From: Pseudomonadota bacterium | GTDB lineage: Bacteria > Myxococcota > Myxococcia > Myxococcales > Myxococcaceae | DNA length: 51,814 nt | NCBI GenBank assembly: GCA_039800145.1 | Contig: JBDLRJ010000089.1 | Coordinates: 1 to 51,814, forward strand | Direction of reading: 5' to 3' | Shown: one piece after another, positions 17,647 to 25,922 of the stretch | Position numbering within the stretch: position 1 is the first letter of the stretch | How the letters are laid out: each line of letters begins with the position of its first letter | Notes under the pieces: generated by a model | Told to the model about the DNA's origin: nothing | The model's input: only the letters and a program-made list of their open reading frames with translations | Databases searched by the model: none | Position numbers and translations under genes: made by a program

Positions 17647-19009
17647 CCACCGCGCGCGCCGCCAACCCCTCGAGCAGCGCCGGGCGCGCGGTGCCCCCGG
17701 CGTCGAACACGTCCACGGGGCGGGCCACCAGCTCCACGTACGCACCGGGGCGCAGCACCGCGTCCCAGCCCGCCCAGGCCGGCACCCACACGGTGACCTC
17801 CACCTCTCCAACCGAGAGCACCACGAACTCCGCGCGCTCGCTTCCCTCGCTCTCGCCCGGCAGCGGCGCCTTGTCCCCGGGCACGTACACCCCGCGCCGC
17901 TCTCCCACGCGCACGGAGAACAGCTCCACGGCCATCCGCCGCTCCACGCGGCCCATGAGGCGCAGCGGCTCCCCGGCCGGCACGGCGAACTGCTGCAGCG
18001 CGAGCGCATCCGCAGTCCCCCGCGCCGCGAGCCGCTTCGGCTGGAGCGCGTGCAGCACGTCGTCGAACTCGAGGAGCGAGGGGCCCGCGGGCGGCGCCAC
18101 GTCCCGGTCCGCGCCGAGCTTTGCCTCCAGCGCTGCGGTGTAGACCTCCTCCGCGGCGCCCCCCTCCGGCACCCGGCGCGCACACGCGGAGGCGAGCTCC
18201 CGGCGCGTGTCCAACTGCGCCGCAGAGAGCGCAGCGAGCCGCTCGAGTGGAGGCAGCGGCAGCACCGTGAGGCAGGCGCGGAAGTCCACCACCTTGTCCT
18301 CCTCGGGCTGCGGCAGCGTCACCGGCTGGCCATCCAGCACCAGCGGCGCCTCGCCCAGCCCGGCCACCTGCACCCCGGACAGCAGCACCGCCCCCTCCGA
18401 GGTGCGCAGCTCGAAGGGCGCCTGCAGTGACTCGAGCCGGAGCAACCCGTCCACCCTGGCCCCGTGACACGGGTACTCGCGCTCGGAGACGACGGACTGC
18501 TGCACCGTGGACTCGGTGGTGGTGCCCGACTGCCGCTGTCCCACGAGCGCCACCACCAGCGCGGGCACGCCGGCGACGAGCGCCCCCCAGCCCCACCCCT
18601 GGGCCAGTTGCCGCTGCGAGGGGCCATGGCGCCCCTCCGCGTCCATCACGTCCCGGTTGGGCGCATCCGACATCGCCTGCGCGCCCACGAGCAGCCCCGC
18701 CCCGGCAATCGTGCCGACGCTGCCGAGCGCCAGCGCAGGCCCCGTCCCGCGCGCGCTGCGCTCCACCGTGCGCTCCTCGGCGTACTCCTCGCGCGTCTCG
18801 GCCCGGCAGGTGTCGTCCCGGAAGACGCGCAGCTCGAGTGCAGGCCACCGCGGCGCCACCTCGGCACGCAGCTGCGGACGGCCGAGCCGCACCTCCGTGT
18901 CCCACGTCCGCAGCGTGGGGCCGCGCTCCACGCGCACCTCCTCCTGCACCTGGACGCAGCCGCTCGCCCAGAGAAGCCCGAGCGCGAGGGCCGAGACGCG
19001 CCGGCTCAC
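17576..19009 (-). CDS. Lipoprotein of unknown function with an internal Gly-rich hydrophobic hairpin
   Basis: Frame of track ORF 17576..19459. I place the start at GTG 19009 (VSRRVSALALGLLWASGC lipobox), 5 nt after GGGAGG. The 150 codons upstream are Arg/Pro junk. The GTG overlaps the TGA of the upstream gene (GTGA). Confidence 0.65.
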   Translation of the reverse strand: MSRRVSALALGLLWASGCVQVQEEVRVERGPTLRTWDTEVRLGRPQLRAEVAPRWPALELRVFRDDTCRAETREEYAEERTVERSARGTGPALALGSVGTIAGAGLLVGAQAMSDAPNRDVMDAEGRHGPSQRQLAQGWGWGALVAGVPALVVALVGQRQSGTTTESTVQQSVVSEREYPCHGARVDGLLRLESLQAPFELRTSEGAVLLSGVQVAGLGEAPLVLDGQPVTLPQPEEDKVVDFRACLTVLPLPPLERLAALSAAQLDTRRELASACARRVPEGGAAEEVYTAALEAKLGADRDVAPPAGPSLLEFDDVLHALQPKRLAARGTADALALQQFAVPAGEPLRLMGRVERRMAVELFSVRVGERRGVYVPGDKAPLPGESEGSERAEFVVLSVGEVEVTVWVPAWAGWDAVLRPGAYVELVARPVDVFDAGGTARPALLEGLAARAVVSVEPEGATPPPGPPPPGPSGRR

Positions 19010-19362
19010 GGGGACCTCCCGCGGAGGAAGGCCACCAGGTCCGGGCACGCGGACAAGGCATCCCCCACGTCCTCGCACGCGGGGTGGACGTCCACCCGCT
19101 CCGAGACGCGCAGCAGCGGCGCACGGCACTCGAGGAAGCGCGCGCGGCTCGGGGTGGAGAACTGGAAATCGACGTTGCCGCAGCCCGTGCGGCGCAGGAG
19201 CTCCTCGCTGCACGCGTCGCCCGGCGCGAGCGTCTGGGTGACGGACTCGCACACGGGCTGCGCGCACAACCGCGAGACGAGGTCCTGGCAGACGGCGGCA
19301 TCGTCCGCGGCAGGGCCTGCGCAGGACAGGGAGAGGACGAGGAGCGGTGCGAGGCGTCTCAC
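19006..19362 (-). CDS. Small Cys-rich lipoprotein (118 aa; 8 Cys after the lipid-attachment Cys)
   Basis: Track ORF. It has the MRRLAPLLVLSLSCAG lipobox and a non-Arg-biased composition. Its stop overlaps the next gene's GTG start. Confidence 0.6.
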   Translation of the reverse strand: MRRLAPLLVLSLSCAGPAADDAAVCQDLVSRLCAQPVCESVTQTLAPGDACSEELLRRTGCGNVDFQFSTPSRARFLECRAPLLRVSERVDVHPACEDVGDALSACPDLVAFLRGRSP

Positions 19363-19437
19363 GGGTGCGCGGCAGCGTAGCAGGGCCGCGCGGAGGCGCT
19401 TTCACTGTCCTGCACCGGGGGTTAAGACGCAGGCACC

Positions 19438-20304
19438 ATGTCCGACGCCTGGTTTTCACTGACGGTCGATGTGCAGGAAGACTCGAAGGAGCCGCTGGAG
19501 ACGCGCCTGTACGACGTGGGCGCCACGGGGCTCGAAATCCGCGACCGCGAGGCGCCTCCCATGCCCGGCGTGCGGGGCCCCGCCGCGGGGGAGGCCATCG
19601 TGGTGGGCTGGTTCGGCAGCCTGGCCGAGGCGGAGGCCGCGGCCGGGATGGTGGCCGAGGAGTTCGCCGGCGCGCGCACCCAGGTGGACCGGGTGGAGAC
19701 GCAGGACTGGAGCACCAGCTGGCGCTCGCTCATCAAGAGCGTGCAGGTGGGGCGGCTCTGGGTGGGGCCGCCGTGGGAGCTGGAGAAGGCGCCCGCGGAC
19801 AAGGTGCGGCTCGTCATCGAGCCGAAGATGGCGTTCGGCACCGGGGATCACCCCACCACCTCCCTCTGCCTCGAGGCGGTGGACAGCTACATGGCCGCGC
19901 ACCCCGGCGCCTCGGTCCTGGACGTGGGCACGGGCACGGCGGTGCTCGCCATCGCCGCGAAGAAGCTGGGAGCCTCGCGCTGCGTGGGCCTGGACAACGA
20001 CGTCACCTCTGTGGAACTCGCGCGCGAAAACCTCGTCGAGAACGGGACGCCGGACATCGAGCTCTCCACGAAGACGCTGCGCCACGTGGAGGGCACGTTC
20101 GACCTGGTGCTCGCCAACATCCTCGCCAACACGCTGGTGGAGCTCGCGCCGCTCATCGCGCCCAAGGTGAAGGATCACCTCGTGCTCGCGGGCGTGCTGG
20201 TGCACCAGGAGGCGGAGGTCACCGCGGCGTACGTCGCGCAGGGGCTCAAGCCCGCGGGCACCAAGACGCACAACGAGTGGATCCGCATCGAGCTCCGGCG
20301 GTGA
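19438..20304 (+). CDS. prmA: Ribosomal protein L11 methyltransferase
   Basis: Track ORF of 288 aa. It contains FGTGDHPTTSLCLE, the SAM motif VLDVGTGTAVLAIAAKKLGA and GLDND, and the length is typical of PrmA. Confidence 0.9.
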   Translation: MSDAWFSLTVDVQEDSKEPLETRLYDVGATGLEIRDREAPPMPGVRGPAAGEAIVVGWFGSLAEAEAAAGMVAEEFAGARTQVDRVETQDWSTSWRSLIKSVQVGRLWVGPPWELEKAPADKVRLVIEPKMAFGTGDHPTTSLCLEAVDSYMAAHPGASVLDVGTGTAVLAIAAKKLGASRCVGLDNDVTSVELARENLVENGTPDIELSTKTLRHVEGTFDLVLANILANTLVELAPLIAPKVKDHLVLAGVLVHQEAEVTAAYVAQGLKPAGTKTHNEWIRIELRR

Positions 20305-21032
20305 GCACCCGGCTGCTGCTCCCCGGCGCACAGCCCGGCACGGCGCGCATCGAGGGGGACAAGTTCCACTACCTCGTCCGCGTGCTGCGGCTCGCCGCGG
20401 GGGACGCGCTGCGCGTGTTCGACGGCGCGGGGCTCGAGTTCCCCGCGCGCGTGGAGGCGCTGTCCGACTCGGACGCCGTGCTCTCGCTGGGCGCCGCGGA
20501 AGCCGCGCCCGCGGGCCGCCCGGTGTGGCTGCTGCAGGGGTTGCCCAAGGCGGACAAGCTCGAGTGGGTGGTGCAGAAGGGCACGGAGCTGGGCGCCACG
20601 GACTTCGTGCCGCTGTCGCTCGAGCGCTGCGTGGTGAAGCTGGACGAGGCGCGCGGCGGCAAGAAGGTTCAACGTTGGCAGACCATCGCGGACGAGGCGG
20701 CGCGGCAGTGCGGGCGCGCGGACGTCCCCACCGTCCATGCACCGCGGACGCTCGCCGCGGGTCTCTCCGGGCTGCCGGGCGGCGCGGCGCTGCTGGTGCT
20801 GGACGAAGAGGCACGCTCTCCGTCGCTGGCAGAGGCGCTGCGGGCGCTGCCCGGGGGACAGCCCGTGGCGCTGCTCGTGGGCCCCGAGGGGGGGCTCACC
20901 CGCGCGGAGGTGGACGCGGCACGCGCGGCAGGCGGCATCCCGGTCACCGTGGGCCGGCGCATCCTCCGCACCGAGACGGCGGCGCTGGTGGCCGTGGCGG
21001 CCGTGCAGTTCGTGGACGGCGAGCTGGGGTGA
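20301..21032 (+). CDS. rsmE: 16S rRNA (uracil1498-N3)-methyltransferase
   Basis: A GTG at 20301 overlaps the prmA TGA (GTGA), in the frame of track ORF 19347..21032. The product reads VSTRLLLPG..GDKFHYLVRVLRL..LLQGLPKADKLEWVVQKGTELGATDF..LVGPEGGLTRAEV..VTVGRRILRTETAALVAV, which matches the RsmE/SPOUT family pattern. Confidence 0.88.
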   Translation: MSTRLLLPGAQPGTARIEGDKFHYLVRVLRLAAGDALRVFDGAGLEFPARVEALSDSDAVLSLGAAEAAPAGRPVWLLQGLPKADKLEWVVQKGTELGATDFVPLSLERCVVKLDEARGGKKVQRWQTIADEAARQCGRADVPTVHAPRTLAAGLSGLPGGAALLVLDEEARSPSLAEALRALPGGQPVALLVGPEGGLTRAEVDAARAAGGIPVTVGRRILRTETAALVAVAAVQFVDGELG

Positions 21033-21079
21033 GCCCCGTTGCGCGGCAGCCGCGCGTCGTGCCACCGTTTCACGCCGCC

Positions 21080-21517
21080 ATGGTGTTCCTGCGAACCGCA
21101 CTCGTCTTCTTTTCCCTGAACGCGCCGCTCGCCTGGGCCGGCGATACCGCTGGGGCCGCCCAGGGTCCCATCCGCCTGCCGCCTGCCGAGGCGAAGGCGT
21201 TCCGGAAGGCGCTCGCGGACGCGAGGCTGCTGTCCCACGACGAAGACGCAAAGGGTGCGGTCATCCAGTGCCTTCGCCGCAATGAACCGCCCAGCCGGTT
21301 CTACAGCGCGAGCATCTCGTTCCCGAAGGAGGACCCGCGCGGCGCAGAGAATGCCCGGTCGTTCCAGGCGCTGTGCAAGCTCGTGGAGAAGCGGTTCGGG
21401 GACCTCGCCCTGGGCGCCGCGGGCTCCACCGGAATCGAGACCCCGCCCCTGCGCATCCAGGGCAAGGGGGCGGAGGCCGTCGTCGAGTACGCGCCGTACG
21501 AGCCGGACAACTATTGA
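21080..21517 (+). CDS. Small secreted protein of unknown function (145 aa)
   Basis: An ATG at 21080 lies in the frame of track ORF 20525..21517. It has the signal peptide MVFLRTALVFFSLNAPLAWAGD and a balanced composition (K, F, Y, E present). Its stop lies 2 nt before the next start. Confidence 0.6.
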   Translation: MVFLRTALVFFSLNAPLAWAGDTAGAAQGPIRLPPAEAKAFRKALADARLLSHDEDAKGAVIQCLRRNEPPSRFYSASISFPKEDPRGAENARSFQALCKLVEKRFGDLALGAAGSTGIETPPLRIQGKGAEAVVEYAPYEPDNY

Positions 21518-21519
21518 GC

Positions 21520-23652
21520 ATGACCATGGGTCAGGTGTTCCCGGGCATCCTCGTCCTCGTCGTGCTCGCCCCGGCATTCGGACGGGCAGAAGTCCTGGAG
21601 CCGCTCTACCGGGGCCGCATGCCGGACCCGGACCATCCCGCGGCCGCGTACTGCAAGGCCCATCCATCGCTCTGCACGTGCGCCGTCGAGCAGGAAGAGG
21701 CGTACGAGGATTCGCGCGCCGGAAGGGCGTTCGTGAATGGCTGCGTCGCGCGGTTGCTGGGCGCCAAGAACACCTGGACGGCGTGCAACGGGCAGGTCCT
21801 CTCCTGGCGCCCCGGCGTGCGGTACGACGTGAAGAAGAGGGCCGCAGAAGCCGAGTGCCTCTGCATGGCGGAGAAGCAGCCGCGCAAGCGCGTCTGCGCC
21901 CGCTGGGCCGGCGTGAACGCGGACTTCGGGGCCGAGCGCCCGAAGCACCCCTGGTACACGTGGGGGATTCTCGAGGACGGCGACGGGGAGGCGCCTGGGC
22001 TCCGCTGGAGGTGCAGGCATCCCGGGGTCCCCAACCAGGCACCTTGTAAGGGGAACCCGGTCTCCGAATACCAGCTGAAGCTCACCGGCATGGGCCATTG
22101 GAAACGCGCGAGCACGCCCGCTCCGGGACCCGCGCCCGACGCGTCTCGGTGGGCAGCGGACCGCGACAACGCGGACGAGAACGAGGTGACCTACACCGGG
22201 CGCTACCTGCGCGTCGGAGAGTGGCTCCTGTTCGGGACGGGTGGGAAGCCGGGATGGGCGCAGGGCTCCTTCAGTTGGGAGGAGGTCGACGGCGTGGAGG
22301 TCTCCCGCCGCAGCGGCACCTGGCGGTACTGGACCCGCTACTACTCGCAGCAGATCTGCGATGGCACCGACTGGTGGTTCCCGGATGCCGTGGGGGAGCT
22401 GTTCCCGGTGGGTCCCCGGAAGAGAAGCCTGCCGCGCGGCAAGTGGCTCATCCGCGACGAGGCGAGCAGCACCGGTCAGGAGAACGTCGACCTCGGAGAG
22501 GAAGGAACCAGCGCCTGGGTCGAGCGCTCGTTCAAGATCACGCGGGATCCGAGTTCCGACACCTTCATCTCCACCCCTGGGCCCGTCACCCGCCTCTACC
22601 GCGCCCCGGGGCTGGCCCTTGGGAAGGACGGTCGCCTGGACCAGGTCAGCGTCGAGGGGCCGGTCCTGCCGCGCACGCTGCGCACCACCGCGGGCCCGCG
22701 GCCGTTGTCCCAGTACCGCACCCGAGACTCGGTCCAGCTCGAGGCCGGGCGCGTCCAACACCTCCTCCAGGAGGCGTGGAACTCGGTGCACGGGAAATGG
22801 ACGAAGCACGGCCTGGAGGTGTCCTGGCGGGACGGGAAGGTGTGGGAAATCCGGGAATGGACGTGGGACGTGCCCCTGTCCGCCCACCGGTTCGGCCCCT
22901 CTTCTACCGAGGAGCGGTCCTGGTCTCCGGGCTCGGTCGAGCGGACGAAGTACGGAATGCTGACGAACGCCCGGAGCGCGCGCGACGTCACCGGGGAGGC
23001 CGGCGCGTGGGCCGTGGTGGAACCCAACGAAGCTGAACTGGGGGCGAGGCAATACTTCCCACCCATCCCGCAATCCGAGTGGTTCGGAATTGCCAGCCCA
23101 CGCGAGGAGTACCGTCTCAAGGCGCCGGCCCGGAACACGTCCTCCGTGGTGTGCGAGTCCGACGAGGACTGCAAGCGCGGAGAACAATGCAAGGCGAACG
23201 CCTGCCTATCGTTCTGGGAGGAAGGGTGGCGCAAGGATCGCGTTCCCCCATTCCTCTCGGTGGGCGGCGCTGGGACGTTCTTCGCGCTGAAGCAGGCCTC
23301 GGACGAGTCGGGGGGGCCGTGGCTGGTGGAGGCGCGGGTGCGCGCGGACGCGGACGGACTCGTCGACGAGGCATCCTGCCGTTTCCGCGTGGGAAACGAC
23401 GGGGCTCCGTGGACGCTGGTCTGGCTTCGCTCCGGGGGTGAGTATGAACACGTGGGGATGGATACGTGGATGGCGGAGCAGGCGGCTGGCACGTCACCCG
23501 CACGGGCGGAGCGGAGAGCCTGTTTCAACCTCCCGCTGCCCACGGAGCTTGCGCCCGGCGAGGTGAACCACTGGCTGCGGACGCGGGTCCTCGGGCGTGG
23601 GCTGGACGAGTACCTCGGACCCGCACTCGAGGCGTCCGCAGCCCCGCAGTGA
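21520..23652 (+). CDS. Secreted Cys-rich protein of unknown function, paralogue A (710 aa)
   Basis: An ATG at 21520 lies in the frame of track ORF 21373..23652. It has the signal peptide MTMGQVFPGILVLVVLAPAFGRAEV. The composition is Trp/Tyr/Lys-rich and non-junk. It shows long colinear similarity to the 27455..30181 product. Confidence 0.8.
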   Translation: MTMGQVFPGILVLVVLAPAFGRAEVLEPLYRGRMPDPDHPAAAYCKAHPSLCTCAVEQEEAYEDSRAGRAFVNGCVARLLGAKNTWTACNGQVLSWRPGVRYDVKKRAAEAECLCMAEKQPRKRVCARWAGVNADFGAERPKHPWYTWGILEDGDGEAPGLRWRCRHPGVPNQAPCKGNPVSEYQLKLTGMGHWKRASTPAPGPAPDASRWAADRDNADENEVTYTGRYLRVGEWLLFGTGGKPGWAQGSFSWEEVDGVEVSRRSGTWRYWTRYYSQQICDGTDWWFPDAVGELFPVGPRKRSLPRGKWLIRDEASSTGQENVDLGEEGTSAWVERSFKITRDPSSDTFISTPGPVTRLYRAPGLALGKDGRLDQVSVEGPVLPRTLRTTAGPRPLSQYRTRDSVQLEAGRVQHLLQEAWNSVHGKWTKHGLEVSWRDGKVWEIREWTWDVPLSAHRFGPSSTEERSWSPGSVERTKYGMLTNARSARDVTGEAGAWAVVEPNEAELGARQYFPPIPQSEWFGIASPREEYRLKAPARNTSSVVCESDEDCKRGEQCKANACLSFWEEGWRKDRVPPFLSVGGAGTFFALKQASDESGGPWLVEARVRADADGLVDEASCRFRVGNDGAPWTLVWLRSGGEYEHVGMDTWMAEQAAGTSPARAERRACFNLPLPTELAPGEVNHWLRTRVLGRGLDEYLGPALEASAAPQ

Positions 23653-23726
23653 CCGAGGCGGCGCGTTCCTCCGCGCTTCCCGTGGGACTGTCAGGAGTGG
23701 CGACGAGCAGCTTCAAAAATGACCGT

Positions 23727-23744
23727 CCACGCCTAGACGCGTGG
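23727..23744. promoter_or_regulatory. Inverted repeat CCACGC-N6-GCGTGG in the 109-nt gap upstream of the 23762 gene, next to the only A-rich run (CTTCAAAAATG) in the region
   Basis: Read directly: ccacgc ctagac gcgtgg, followed by gCATAGTg (a weak extended -10-like TGgCATAGT) about 11 nt before the ATG. The stem is only 6 bp and there is no other support. Confidence 0.2.
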
Positions 23745-23761
23745 CATAGTGCTCGCCCCCC

Positions 23762-25912
23762 ATGAACACCTCGCGACTCTCCGTTTCCATCCTGGCGCTT
23801 GCGGCCCTGGTGTCCAGCTGCACCGACAAGCACCTTTCTGCCGGCCGCGACTACCTGCTCGCGGGCGAGCTCGCCACCGCCTCCACGGAGTTCAAGGCCT
23901 CCGTGGCGACCAACGAGAACAGCGTCCCGGCGCGCGGCGCGCTGCTCGCCACGCTGGTGCTGCAGCCCCGCTCGAACCTGGACGTCTCCGTCTTCCTCGA
24001 GTCCGCCCCCTACCAGGAGATGCTGCGGCAGAAGGACGTCCCGGAGACCACGCGCGAGCGGCTCACGCAGGGCATCATGAAGGTCCGCAAGTCCCTGCAG
24101 GACTCGGGCATCCGCACCCAGGACAACGAGGACGCCCTCAAGGTGGTGGCCGCCGCGGCGAAGGAGTTCGACGCCATCGTCGCGCGCGACTGGATGAAGC
24201 AGCGGCGCGACTACCGCGCGGTGATGCTCAGCGCGGGCTGCATGGTGGCGAACGAGGGCATCCTGGAGCAGGGCTCGCGCGCCGTGCTCGCGGAAAAGGG
24301 GGACGTGAAGCTGTCCCGCGAGGAGCTGGTCCTGGCCCGGTTCCTCGGCCCGGCCTTCTTCAAGAAGATCGCCGCCTCCGCGGACAACCGCGAGGCCACG
24401 GACCACGAGCGGGCGGTGAACTTCTACCGCCTCCAGCACGCGCTGGACATCGCGCGACGCGTGTTCGAGATGAAGCCCGGGCCCGGTCCCCGCAACCTGC
24501 CGGGCATGGATGCGTACGGCCAGTCCGGGGCCCGCGAGCTGGCGCGTGGACTGGTCCAGGGTGCCACGGTGCCCTACGGGCTGGTGACGGTGGGCTCCTC
24601 CTCCGAGGACCCGGACGAGCGCACGGCCTCCGTCTTCTTCCCCCGCTCGTTCCCCTCGAAGGGACCGCAGCTGGTCATGGCCACCATCCACCCGGACGAG
24701 ACCCAGGAGCTCAACCGCGCGTGGGCCGTCGAGGGCTCGTCGCTCTCCGAGGTGAAGGTGGTGGTGAAGCGCGACGGCAAGGAGCAGGCGCAGGACGGAA
24801 ACCTCCTGCCCGGCAGCGCCGCCATGTTCGGCCACGGGTACCACGAGGCCTCCGGGACGTGGAACCTGGTCTACTGGGACGCGGACATGGCGGTGCTCCG
24901 CGTGGCCGTGGGCACCCTCAAGGACGGGGTGCTGACGCTGACGCCGGACATGGACGTGTACGCGCGGCTCGGCATCTCGAACGACGTGGAGGTGCTGCGC
25001 GCGGTGGGCATGACGAAGCAGGCCATGTTCGACGTGCGCTCCCGCGAGCGCGCCCGCGAGCAGCTGGACGAGCTGTTCCGCGCCGCCTCCGAGGCGCGCC
25101 TGGACCTCCACAGCCGCGCCTCCTCCTGCTACTCGGCCGACAACCTCGCCTCGTCCACGCGCCCCTCGGAATGCTCGGGCGGTGAGCCCGTCCCCGCGGA
25201 CAGCCAGTACCTCGCGGCCCGCAAGCGGAAGAACCAGGTGCAGCCCGCGGTGGGCATGAAGCTGCGCGTCACGGGGAACTCCAACAACCACAACTACCGC
25301 GTGGGGGACGTGGTGACGGTGACGGACATCGACAAGCGGGACGGGACCGTGCGCGCGCTGGGCGGCTCCGGGCGCAAGGGCAACTGGCTCGCACCCGAGG
25401 ACTGGGAGCGGGCGGACCGCCCCTCGCGGCGATTCTCCACGGCACCTTCCGAGGGAACGTCGGTCCGGGTGGTCCGAAACTCCAACGGCCACAACTACAC
25501 GGTCGGCGCCCTCTACGAGGTGAGCACCTCCCTCAGCGACCAGATGTTCCGCGCCCGCAACGACGCCGGGGTGGAGGGCACGGTGCTGCTGCTGCGGGAC
25601 GTGGAGCCGGCGAACGGCACGTGGGGCGGGCCGTACCTCTCCGCCTCCGCGGTGAAGGATCCCTGGGGCACCCCGTACCGCGTGGGCCTGCAGCCCGAGA
25701 CGGGACGGCTCGTGGTGGCCAGCTGCGGCCCGGACCGCGCCTGCGCCGGGGACCTCCCCTCGCTCGTGTCCGGCACCAGCGGCACCCTGGCACCGGACCA
25801 GGTGACGGCGGCGGTCAACATGGGCCCGGACAACGACGACATCCGCGTGGTGGAGACCAACGGACCGGTCGCGGCCGAGTACGTCGCCTACGATCCTTCC
25901 GAGGGTGACTAG
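23762..25912 (+). CDS. Lipoprotein (716 aa) with two tandem ~55-aa NSN-x-HNY modules and a C-terminal type II secretion GspG (pseudopilin)-like domain
   Basis: Track ORF. The lipobox is MNTSRLSVSILALAALVSSC. The C-terminus reads NGTWGGPYLSASAVKDPWGTPYRVGLQPETGRLVVASCGPDR. This matches the conserved W-GPYL...DPWG-x-PY...S-x-G-x-D core of T2SS protein G domains. Confidence 0.8.
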   Translation: MNTSRLSVSILALAALVSSCTDKHLSAGRDYLLAGELATASTEFKASVATNENSVPARGALLATLVLQPRSNLDVSVFLESAPYQEMLRQKDVPETTRERLTQGIMKVRKSLQDSGIRTQDNEDALKVVAAAAKEFDAIVARDWMKQRRDYRAVMLSAGCMVANEGILEQGSRAVLAEKGDVKLSREELVLARFLGPAFFKKIAASADNREATDHERAVNFYRLQHALDIARRVFEMKPGPGPRNLPGMDAYGQSGARELARGLVQGATVPYGLVTVGSSSEDPDERTASVFFPRSFPSKGPQLVMATIHPDETQELNRAWAVEGSSLSEVKVVVKRDGKEQAQDGNLLPGSAAMFGHGYHEASGTWNLVYWDADMAVLRVAVGTLKDGVLTLTPDMDVYARLGISNDVEVLRAVGMTKQAMFDVRSRERAREQLDELFRAASEARLDLHSRASSCYSADNLASSTRPSECSGGEPVPADSQYLAARKRKNQVQPAVGMKLRVTGNSNNHNYRVGDVVTVTDIDKRDGTVRALGGSGRKGNWLAPEDWERADRPSRRFSTAPSEGTSVRVVRNSNGHNYTVGALYEVSTSLSDQMFRARNDAGVEGTVLLLRDVEPANGTWGGPYLSASAVKDPWGTPYRVGLQPETGRLVVASCGPDRACAGDLPSLVSGTSGTLAPDQVTAAVNMGPDNDDIRVVETNGPVAAEYVAYDPSEGD
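25250..25612 (+). repeat. Protein-level tandem duplication inside the 23762..25912 gene (two ~52-54-codon modules, about 25250..25405 and 25451..25612)
   Basis: Module 1 is GMKLRVTGNSNNHNYRVGDVVTVTDIDKRDGTVRALGGSGRKGNWLAPEDWE. Module 2 is GTSVRVVRNSNGHNYTVGALYEVSTSLSDQMFRARNDAGVEGTVLLLRDVE. They share G-x-x-[LV]-R-V-x-x-N-S-N-x-H-N-Y-x-V-G. Confidence 0.6.
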
Positions 25913-25922
25913 GGGTCCTGCC

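Noticed and set aside
17484-19301. The alternative 605-aa minus-strand frame over the lipoprotein locus.
   Set aside because: It has Ala/Arg/Gly-only composition. The other minus frame gives two lipobox-bearing products with a GGGAGG-GTG start and GTGA coupling.
25905-25922. The GTG at 25905 as the start of the hairpin lipoprotein (track ORF start).
   Set aside because: It would overlap the upstream stop and add MTRGPA before the signal peptide. GTG 25923 gives a canonical K-rich n-region plus lipobox. This is kept as an alternative and is not excluded.
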